Assembly (NCBI GenBank): GCA_963615165.1
Contig: CAVEGL010000001.1
Coordinates: 1 to 35,249 of the forward strand
Direction: 5' to 3'
DNA length: 35,249 bases
Source of the DNA: a bacterium
Lineage (GTDB): Bacteria > Patescibacteriota > Saccharimonadia > Saccharimonadales > Saccharimonadaceae
In this document: in pieces, positions 1 to 7,500 of the stretch
Numbering within the stretch: position 1 is the first letter of the stretch
Layout: every line of letters begins with the position of its first letter
The notes under the pieces: generated by a model
The model's database searches: none
What the model saw: the letters and a program-made list of their open reading frames with translations, nothing else
What the model was told of the DNA's origin: nothing
Program-made: the position numbers and the translations under genes

Positions 1-55
1 GCTTATCACTCGCCAAAGCGATACCTGCCATCAATCCGCCTGTCGCTGTCACCGC
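1..55 (+). repeat. Terminal direct repeat (assembly overlap), copy 1
   Basis: gcttatcactcgcc...gtcaccgc is identical to 35195-35249. Confidence 0.97.
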
Positions 56-100
56 AGACAAAGCCAGCACCGCCGCGCACCTTTTCTTATTCAACCTCAT
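1..100 (-). CDS. 5' part (signal/anchor) of the cell wall hydrolase that continues at 35194-34782
   Basis: ATG at 100 overlaps the stop of the upstream HTH gene (ATGA); MRLNKKRCAAVLALSAVTATGGLMAGIALASDKP joins in frame with ORF 34782..35246. Confidence 0.85.
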   Translation of the reverse strand, partial: MRLNKKRCAAVLALSAVTATGGLMAGIALASDK

Positions 101-330
101 TTTTTCTTCCCCCTATACAGCACATTCTCACTCAGCACCTCCGCCGGATCCAGATGCAGCACCTTACACAGCGCCACAAACTTCCCCACCGACATACTCT
201 CGGGATTTTTTAAATACATATACAGGCTGGATTTACTTATCCCTGCCTTAGCGCTCACCGCCTCCGCATTCATACCCTGCATCTGCAGCTCGCCTTTAAT
301 ACGGCGTTCAAACAAAATCCCGCTCGCCAT
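97..330 (-). CDS. Cro/C1-type HTH protein
   Basis: GGAGGTG RBS before ATG 330; HTH motif AEAVSAKAGISKSSLYMYLKNP. Confidence 0.85.
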   Translation of the reverse strand: MASGILFERRIKGELQMQGMNAEAVSAKAGISKSSLYMYLKNPESMSVGKFVALCKVLHLDPAEVLSENVLYRGKKK

Positions 331-361
331 AATCACACCTCCCAATTTCAATCAATTTATG

Positions 362-448
362 TTATAATTTACTCATTACATACTCATACAGCACCGCCCC
401 AGTAATTCCGCCGGCACAAGCAAGCAAAAAATTAACTACATAAACCAT
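362..448 (-). CDS. 28-aa hydrophobic peptide (not in ORF track)
   Basis: MVYVVNFLLACAGGITGAVLYEYVMSKL with AGGTG upstream; co-oriented with the early operon. Confidence 0.5.
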   Translation of the reverse strand: MVYVVNFLLACAGGITGAVLYEYVMSKL

Positions 449-481
449 TCATCTCACCTACCCAGAAAGGAGCACTAACCT

Positions 482-694
482 ATGAAAAAAGAAATCATCA
501 ATCACATTTTTACCGCCATCGGCACAGCCAGCGCCATCATCTGCTTATTAGATGCCATCCCTCGCTACAAATCCCTCTTCATCTTCCTTTTCGGAGTCAG
601 CATAGGCTATTTCCTCTGCCATTTCATCAATTACCGTAAGCGCAAAAGCTTAGAAGACGCTTTCTTAGATGGGTTAAAAAATCCTTACAAATAG
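482..694 (+). CDS. Small two-TM membrane protein (moron-like)
   Basis: AAAGGAG RBS; two hydrophobic segments; opposite to the surrounding early genes; extended -10 TGtTATAAT at 360-368. Confidence 0.75.
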   Translation: MKKEIINHIFTAIGTASAIICLLDAIPRYKSLFIFLFGVSIGYFLCHFINYRKRKSLEDAFLDGLKNPYK

Positions 695-697
695 CAG

Positions 698-904
698 CTA
701 CTCATCAAGCTCCTCATACAAACTCCCTACCGGCACTTCCAGCGCATCAGCAATAGCTTTCAGCGTCATCGCATTCGGGATCCTAATCCCCTTTTCAAAC
801 TGCACACAAGCAGCCTGCGTAATTCCCACCTTGGCAGCCACCTCAGCCTGCGTCATGCCCTGCTTTTCACGAACTCTTTTTAAATTTGCCGAAATTGATA
901 ACAT
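698..904 (-). CDS. cro: Cro-like XRE HTH regulator
   Basis: GGAGGTG RBS before ATG 904; LKRVREKQGMTQAEVAAKVGITQAACVQFEKG; divergent from cI. Confidence 0.85.
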   Translation of the reverse strand: MLSISANLKRVREKQGMTQAEVAAKVGITQAACVQFEKGIRIPNAMTLKAIADALEVPVGSLYEELDE

Positions 905-935
905 TTTTTCACCTCCAAAATATTGATCTAAAATA

Positions 936-964
936 TTGACAAATAAATATAACCATGTTAAACT
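936..964 (+). promoter_or_regulatory. sigmaA promoter for the structured RNA
   Basis: TTGACA(936-941)-17 bp-TAAACT(959-964) with extended TG. Confidence 0.8.
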
Positions 965-970
965 TTTATA

Positions 971-1340
971 AAGAGTAGCGATTGAGCGCTCAGTCGCTAC
1001 TCTTACCCTTAATGGGCGGAGAGGAGATGATGCTCTATGAGGCTTTCCTCCAAAGCATATTTTCGCTTTGCCCTCGCACTTTCTGATGATTGCCAATCAG
1101 CCAACCAGAGCTGACGCATTCATCCCCTCTCGCTTGGAGGCGAGTTTTACTCGACAGATCCGCAGCTGCAAATGATGGTGCACCTGTAGGCGATACTACG
1201 AACTTATCGCTTTAGCGCCTACCCACCGGTAGGTGCTTTAATACATCTGCAAGAAAGGAATCTGCGGAGTCCGGCTGACCTTTTCGTAGAAAGCCAGCCG
1301 TTAACTCTTCCACACCTTTTATAGTCAAAGGATGTGGGTC
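971..1340 (+). ncRNA. Putative ~370-nt structured RNA (possibly with a 25-aa sORF at 1037-1114)
   Basis: Starts at the predicted TSS with a 34-bp near-perfect palindrome; many nested helices; no long ORF. Confidence 0.65.
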
Positions 1341-1359
1341 ATTGTTAGAACACAGTTAT

Positions 1360-1388
1360 ATTATAATCTACTTTTAAGTAGAAATCAA
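1360..1388 (-). promoter_or_regulatory. Early lytic promoter (PR-like)
   Basis: Minus strand TTGATT-17-TATAAT; operator palindrome fills the spacer. Confidence 0.8.
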
Positions 1389-1421
1389 TGCTTAATTTTA
1401 ATTTTTCTACTTTTGTGTAGA
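1367..1421. promoter_or_regulatory. Two repressor operators TCTAC-N6-GTAGA
   Basis: TCTACTTTTAAGTAGA (1367-1382) and TCTACTTTTGTGTAGA (1406-1421) between cro and cI. Confidence 0.8.
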
Positions 1422-1455
1422 TAAAATATTTTATTTCTGTATAAGGAGAATTTAT

Positions 1456-1806
1456 ATGTTTTGGCAAAGATTTTATAATCTATGCGAGCAAAACAACAGT
1501 AAACCTAATTCTGTTGCTAAAAACCTTGGTTTTTCTACAGCTACCTGCACCCATTGGAAAGACGGCGCCGTCCCTAAAGCTGATGCTGTTGTAAAAATTG
1601 CTGATTATTTCAACGTTTCTGTGGACTACCTCTTAGGTCTAACCGACATTCCGGACACAAAAAAAGCCGTCGGCATCTCTACCGACAGCCCCGATGATAA
1701 TACGGAAAAAGCCATAGCCTATCTCAATTATCTTGCCCAAGCAAATCCGGATGTACTGCAAAAAGCCGCTGAGTATGCAAAATTTCTCGTTCAAGATAAT
1801 CAATAA
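1456..1806 (+). CDS. cI: CI-like repressor (XRE HTH, no S24 peptidase domain)
   Basis: MFWQRFYNLC...KIADYFNVSVDYLLG; AAGGAG RBS; upstream of integrase. Confidence 0.88.
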   Translation: MFWQRFYNLCEQNNSKPNSVAKNLGFSTATCTHWKDGAVPKADAVVKIADYFNVSVDYLLGLTDIPDTKKAVGISTDSPDDNTEKAIAYLNYLAQANPDVLQKAAEYAKFLVQDNQ

Positions 1807-1879
1807 ACATCTTCTTTTGCATGTCCGTCATTTGCTTATAGTATTTCATTACAATTCCGATCAATTCTTGCTCGTCCAT
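1724..1879 (-). CDS. 51-aa helical protein convergent with and overlapping cI
   Basis: Own promoter TTGAAT(1978-1973)-17-TATAAT(1955-1950); purine-rich RBS; MDEQELIGIVMKYYKQMTDMQKKMFIDYLERE. Confidence 0.55.
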   Translation of the reverse strand: MDEQELIGIVMKYYKQMTDMQKKMFIDYLEREILHTQRLFAVHPDLLGQDN

Positions 1880-2033
1880 TTTTCTCGCCCTCTCTTCGTG
1901 AAAAAACACACTATTATTGATACGGCTGCAACCCTTTCCTGTTAATTCCATTATAACGACATATATCAACATATTCAATAGATAAATTTATACATATTAT
2001 CCTAAAATATTACAAAAAGCAGAGGTGTAGCTC

Positions 2034-2126
2034 ATGAAAAAGATTTCGCTAATCATGATACTAATAACCCTCTGCTTTACTTTTTCTACCGTTGCTTTTG
2101 CTCATTCCGGCAATTTGGTACATTGA
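2034..2126 (+). pseudogene. Truncated secreted protein (signal peptide + HSG, YHYH-family-like N-terminus)
   Basis: GAGGTG RBS; MKKISLIMILITLCFTFSTVAFAHSGNLVH* stops just after the AxA cleavage site. Confidence 0.55.
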
Positions 2127-2174
2127 ATACTTACAGAACGGAATAAAATAACCTCATCGAAAGGAGTCCTCATC

Positions 2175-3233
2175 ATGCCCAAAGCAAAAAAACTCCCCAG
2201 CGGAAACTGGCGAGTCCAAGTCTATGCCGGCACCGACAGTACAGGCAAACGTATAAGAAAATCATTCACCGCCCCCACCAAAAAGCAAGCCGAGTACGAT
2301 GCCTCCCTCTGGCAGATCGAGCGCAAAGAAAAAATGTCAGGCAAACTCACCGTAGGACAAGCCCTTAAGCAATATATTGATAGCAAAGACAACATTCTCT
2401 CCCCATCAACCATAGCAGGCTATGAGAAAATCCGCCGCAATCACCTCTTGGAAATTCAACAAATATACATCTCTGACCTAACACACCTGCAAGCCCAAAA
2501 TGCCATAAATGCACTATCCCTAAACCATTCCCCAAAAACCGTCCACAATACCACAGGTTTATTTTATGCCGCCACCAAAAACTATACCACTGCCTTTGCC
2601 AACATCACCGTAAAACAAAAAGAAAAACACGAAATCCAAATCCCGACCGACGATGAAATACACCTGCTCTTAGATAATACTCAAGGCGAAATCAAAACCG
2701 CCATAGCACTTGCAGCCTTAGCAGGTCTCCGCCGCAGTGAAATATTAGCCCTCACCTGGAATAAAATAGATTTTGAGAAACGCCGCATCACCATTAATGC
2801 CGCCTCAATTCGCGGTAAAAATAATATACCGCAAATCAAAGCACCTAAATCTGTTGCAGGTTATAGACAGATACCTATATCAGATCCGCTTTATGAAGTT
2901 TTATCATCTTCCCCTAAAGAAACATCAAAACCTGTCAATCTATACGAATCATCAATCAATCGGCAATTCAATTCTATTTTGCAAAAACTCAATCTGCCTC
3001 ATTACAGATTTCATGACTTGCGCCATTATTACGCCTCCACCTTATTAGCAATAGGCATGCCCGATAAATATGCTATGAAACTTATGGGGCATAATTCTAA
3101 CAATACATTAAAGCAAATTTACCAGCATACCATGGCAGATAAAGAAAAACAATTTGAGCACGATTTGCTGGCGTATCAAAACAGCAAATTGCATTCTAAT
3201 TCGTGTGACATTTCGTGTGAACAAAACATCTAA
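2175..3233 (+). CDS. int: Tyrosine integrase
   Basis: GLRRSE, K(APKS), HDLRH, MGH and catalytic Y; N-terminal arm-binding segment. Confidence 0.96.
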   Translation: MPKAKKLPSGNWRVQVYAGTDSTGKRIRKSFTAPTKKQAEYDASLWQIERKEKMSGKLTVGQALKQYIDSKDNILSPSTIAGYEKIRRNHLLEIQQIYISDLTHLQAQNAINALSLNHSPKTVHNTTGLFYAATKNYTTAFANITVKQKEKHEIQIPTDDEIHLLLDNTQGEIKTAIALAALAGLRRSEILALTWNKIDFEKRRITINAASIRGKNNIPQIKAPKSVAGYRQIPISDPLYEVLSSSPKETSKPVNLYESSINRQFNSILQKLNLPHYRFHDLRHYYASTLLAIGMPDKYAMKLMGHNSNNTLKQIYQHTMADKEKQFEHDLLAYQNSKLHSNSCDISCEQNI

Positions 3234-3298
3234 AACTCTGCATTTTAGTATTAAATTTCGGAAGATAACACCATATTTTAGAATATCACAAGCAAACA

Positions 3299-3338
3299 AA
3301 AAGCCTTGCCTATCGCATTTGCGACAAACAAGGCTTTT
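3299..3338. terminator. Bidirectional terminator after int and the reconstituted tRNA
   Basis: aaaagccttg...caaggctttt inverted repeat. Confidence 0.7.
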
Positions 3339-3347
3339 ATTGTGCTA

Positions 3348-3367
3348 CGGAGAGAGGGGGATTTGAA
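3348..3367 (-). other. attP: attP core = 3' end of a tRNA-Ser
   Basis: Minus strand TTCAAATCCCCCTCTCTCCG is the T-loop, T-stem 3' side and acceptor 3' side of a GGAGAG-type tRNA-Ser; the rest of the tRNA is absent. Confidence 0.85.
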
Positions 3368-3427
3368 TCCCGTTTTTATTGCCTTATTATAGCTTTTTAT
3401 TGTTGTCTATGTGATATTTTGTGTGAA

Positions 3428-3583
3428 CTATTCCGTAAACTTGCGCATCAATATCTCGTGTGCTTCCTTGTACATATCAAATAAACCGTCGGCATACTTC
3501 CGCGCCATATTTCGCTCGCTCTCTGCCTCTGCGCTGTGAGCAATAGCTTTCCACTTCATTGCATCGGCATACAAATCATTCAC
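3428..3583 (-). pseudogene. Probable C-terminal gene remnant or small helical protein
   Basis: Open frame VNDLYADAMKWKAIAH...YKEAHEILMRKFTE*; no good RBS or upstream ATG; GC higher than flanks. Confidence 0.35.
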
Positions 3584-3596
3584 CTGTATGAATATC

Positions 3597-3785
3597 CTAT
3601 ATTTTATTTTCCTTCTTTTTATTATTTATTTCGGTATAATTTGAACATGTTGTTGAAAATGGTTTCTGTCTTTTTGCAATTAATTTTTCTGCATAACTAT
3701 CTGGGGTATAGTTCGCGTCTAGTTTTCCGATCGGGATATTTAATTCATCAAAAATGCGGTAATATTTGTTCATGATTTTCATCAC
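3597..3785 (-). CDS. Hypothetical AT-rich accessory protein
   Basis: GAGGTG RBS; 62 aa. Confidence 0.5.
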   Translation of the reverse strand: MMKIMNKYYRIFDELNIPIGKLDANYTPDSYAEKLIAKRQKPFSTTCSNYTEINNKKKENKI

Positions 3786-3814
3786 CTCACTATATACTAT
3801 ATTTTTTTATTCGC

Positions 3815-4432
3815 CTACTCTACCCACACTTTGCCGTCTACATAATCCACACTCACCTGCGCCAGCTTTTCTATATCCCGCAATTTGATATAATTCGACC
3901 CGTTCACATTCACCGCCTTAACCACCGTACACTTACCTGTTGATTTGCTCCACACTTGTAAATCTTTCACTTCCTGCATATCGTCCTCACCTCCCACATG
4001 ATCACCGATCCACGCCCACACATCAATCAAATCTTTCTCCGTCAAAGGGCTGCTCCCCTTAGCCGGATAGCGATAGCGCCCTTGATGCAGCTCCAAGTGT
4101 AAATGCGCGCCGTTCGCGTTCCCTGTCGCACCCATCACACCAACCTTTTGCCCAAGTTTGATACTTTGGCCAACCTTTACCGCCACGCTGGATAAATGCG
4201 CATACAAGCTCACCATACCGTCAGCGTGCTTGATGCACACATGATTGCCATAGCTCTTGCCATGCGCATTAATGCTTTCCACCACACCGTCAGCAATCGC
4301 GTACACCGACTTATCATCCAAACCCACTGCATCCGTACCGATATGCCAACCGCATTGCCACTTTCCCTCACGCCCAAAAGGACAGGTCACTTTAAACCTG
4401 CCCTTGAAAGGATAATCATAAATCATTATCAT
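3815..4432 (-). CDS. Endolysin, M23 peptidase
   Basis: HIGTD (HxxxD), YAHL, HLH motifs; C-terminal NGSNYIKLRDI cell-surface (Cu-amine-oxidase-N-like) segment. Confidence 0.9.
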   Translation of the reverse strand: MIMIYDYPFKGRFKVTCPFGREGKWQCGWHIGTDAVGLDDKSVYAIADGVVESINAHGKSYGNHVCIKHADGMVSLYAHLSSVAVKVGQSIKLGQKVGVMGATGNANGAHLHLELHQGRYRYPAKGSSPLTEKDLIDVWAWIGDHVGGEDDMQEVKDLQVWSKSTGKCTVVKAVNVNGSNYIKLRDIEKLAQVSVDYVDGKVWVE

Positions 4433-4481
4433 ACCTCCCTATTTTCCTTAAAATTTGTCGAAAAATATATTATACTTATCC

Positions 4482-4570
4482 GTACCGCCGGAATAGCGGT
4501 GAAAGGTAACAGTAGTTTTGTTGGAAACATTGTACACAGAAAAAGAGTCGCTTTCGAGCGGCTCTTTTTC
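4482..4570 (+). ncRNA. Candidate ~90-nt sRNA
   Basis: TATACT at 4471-4476, accgc/gcggt hairpin, linker, strong terminator; -35 weak. Confidence 0.4.
4539..4570. terminator. Bidirectional intrinsic terminator
   Basis: gaaaaagagtcgct-ttcg-agcggctctttttc. Confidence 0.9.
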
Positions 4571-4576
4571 GTTTAT

Positions 4577-7500
4577 CTAAAATCCATACCTTCTCGCCAC
4601 TGAAATATACTGCTCACTCGTCTTCCCGCTGTAGTATTCCTGCCAAATCACCTGCCGTTGCGGATTAGTCAAATCCTTACGGCTCGCCAAATACTGCGCA
4701 ATCGCCCGCTTATTCGCCTCCGTTTTATCGCTCGCTTTCGTATAGCGCTCACTGTTGGCGGATCGCAATTCCGCTATCTTCGCATTACTCTCCGCGTATG
4801 CCGTATAGTCTATCCCATACTTATCGCATTTCTCCTTACGCTTCTTCGCCACATCATAGTTACTGTCGGGAAACGCCTCTTTAATCGCAAAATAATTAGC
4901 CCAGCCCCCTGCATCTTTCAATTTTTCCGTAGTGCTTGCGCCTGCGTCATAGCTTATGTTTCTTCCCTTAAAAAATTCCTTATTCGCCATCTGCGCATTA
5001 TAGGTATAAATCTCTTTCACCGCTTTAGCCTTATCCTCATCGCTCATCGAGCGGTACACATTCGAGCGCATAAGCTCACTTACCGCCTGAAAATTATCCT
5101 GCCCATACTTCGTCTGATACTTCGTATACTCCTTAGCAGTCAAATAATAAGTCTTACTCTTTTTCCCGTCAGCCTTATAGGAAATATACTTACTCCCCAT
5201 CTTCGGCAGCACACCGCTCTCGCCCGAGGCTTCATACAATCTCTTTAATTCCTTATCCGTTGCTGTCTCTTTGTTAGAAGAATACGTCCCCGGCGAAAGC
5301 ATATTAAAGGCCGCCCTGCTGACTATATTATCACCTGCCTGCTTGCGCTCTCTGCCCCAGACGTCCACAGCCGCCTCACTTCTGTAGCTCAATCCCGGCA
5401 CTTTATTCATAAACTGTCGGCCTAAGCTCTCGCCTGTCTTGGTATATTTGCTGTCACTCGGCGCATAGGTAGAGCGCTTCGTCTCGTCAATCGTTCTGGC
5501 AAACTGCCCGGATAATGTCGGCACAAACTGCATCACATAGCTCGTCGCCGCGCTGGTAATCATATTACTGATTGCGCCCTCGTTGCCATAGCTTTCTAAA
5601 GCACTCTGCAAACTATCCATGCAGCTCATCTCCAGCACAGGATCCGTCACCTTGATTAATGCACTGCCGATATCTCTAAGTCCTACATTTTCGCCCTCCT
5701 CGCGGCTTGATATCTCGTCCCTCAAAGCAGCTCCCACAAATAAAGGCATCACCGCAGGCGCCGCCCAGTCTAAAGTATACGTTCCTCCACCGGGCAAGAC
5801 AATGGCATAGTTCTGCCCGCCGATCTGGTTTTCGTAATTCTGCTCGCGCTTGTTACCCTCATCATAGCCTGCCGACAAAAGCCCTGCCTCCGCCAGAAAA
5901 TACCCTAAAGCAACAATTCCCGTACCTGTCAAGCCTTGCGTAATCTCGTTAATCACCTGCGTAGCGGAGACATCGCCTTTTCTCAGCAGCTTTACCATAT
6001 CGCCCAAACCATTCAAAAGCCCCGCAGGCGAATACTCCACCCCTCTTTTTAAGATATTTAAAGGCGTTTTCTTAAACGGCATCAAGGCTTTCACCGCCAG
6101 CTGCCCGCCTTTTTCCAGCTTGCTGTCCGTCTGTTTATTTTCAAAATGATTAAGCGCGCTCGCTAAAGCATTCGCCTCCTGAAACGTCACCTTATACGCC
6201 TCATCAGCCGCATACCGTTTCGCTTCTTCGGCTCTGACACCGCCTCTCTCCATTTCTGCAGGCTTAATATTATTCGCTTTCATATAGTGACTTAAAGCAT
6301 AAATGTACTGTCTCCGCTTAAACCACGTATCCTCAGCGTCCATGGCATTCTCATTCCATTTGCGCGCCGTTTCTACAGGCTGCATGAGCTTAGTGGTAAA
6401 TATCTGACGGTTTCTTTCCGCTTGTCCTCGTTCGCCGTATTTATTGGACAAATCCGTTAAATACTTTCCGTCCGTCTCCCAATTCTTTGCGGCAAACTCT
6501 CTTAATTCCTTACTCACCGTACCAGCCGACTTCGTACGCGTGCCATTCTTGATGGCTGCACTCTCCACCACACCTGCCAGCTGGTCATTAATGCGGCTTA
6601 AACTCAAATTCAAAATATTGCCCACGATATTGCGGATATGTGTCCTGGGATTACCCAGCATCGCCAAGTAGCGCCAAGCATCAAACTTATCTTTCATCCC
6701 CACAGGCAATTGCTTTGCCATATCATCGATAATATAGCTTTGGATCGTCTCCATATTCCCACTGCTGTTGTTTTTATCGAGCATCATCTCCGCATAGCGC
6801 GGATTTAACTCCACTTGGCTTTCGCCTGTCAGTTCATACTTGCTGTTTAATCTGTCACGCAAAAGCACCATCTGGCGCAGTCTGCCCTCAGGCGACATCC
6901 GCTTCATCATGCTCAAAGCCTGCACGCTCTGCCCCATCTCCGTACCAATCATCGAGGCCAGTCCGATCATCTCTGTTACATCACTGGCTTTGCCCTCCGC
7001 CGAGGCTTTCACGATTAATTGCTCCAGTGTCGCTACATCTTCTGCCTTAATGCGCTCGTTCTTTTTATACTTCGCAAAAATCTCCGCCTTAGACTGCTCA
7101 TAGCCCACCTTAGCGATATTCGCATTCGCTTTCTCCTGCAATTTCTGATTGCTGACAGGCTCATAGACAAACTTACCGCTTGCGATATCGCTCGCCAAAC
7201 TATCCGCTATCTTATCCTTAGCCTCGCTTGAGACATTCTCGCTCTCCATCGCCGTGCGGACAAATCGGCGCGTCTTATCCCACTCATTCACCTGCTCAGG
7301 CACCGCCACATCAACCCTCGGCTCCATGCCCTCATCAATCCTGCCGTAACGGTCAATCAGCTCATTATATCTTTCGCCGTTAATACCGCCCTCATAACTT
7401 TCACCGGAAGTGCCACTTCCTTGACTTTCCTCACCCAGCGCATAGCGGATATCTTTCTTACTTGCGTCAAAAGTACCGCGATTACCCGTAGCCGACTTAA

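Larger units (their letters stand above)
3204..3428. repeat. Integrase arm-type sites flanking the attP core
   Basis: tgtgacatttcgtgtgaac (3204-3222) vs tgtgatattttgtgtgaac (3410-3428), 17/19 identical; inverted half-site aatatcaca at 3282-3290. Confidence 0.7.

Noticed and set aside
905..1096. N-terminal extension of cro in the ORF track
   Set aside because: Strong RBS before ATG 904; the extension runs through a promoter and RNA hairpin.
1083..1100. CUGAUGA as a hammerhead ribozyme core (also at 20508)
   Set aside because: No properly placed GAAA or stems I-III.
3348..3371. Phage-encoded tRNA gene
   Set aside because: Only the T-loop and 3' acceptor strand are present; no D or anticodon arm.
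7421..7450. Third antisense promoter after the ART domain (TTGACT)
   Set aside because: No -10 at 16-18 bp and no closed RNA structure downstream.
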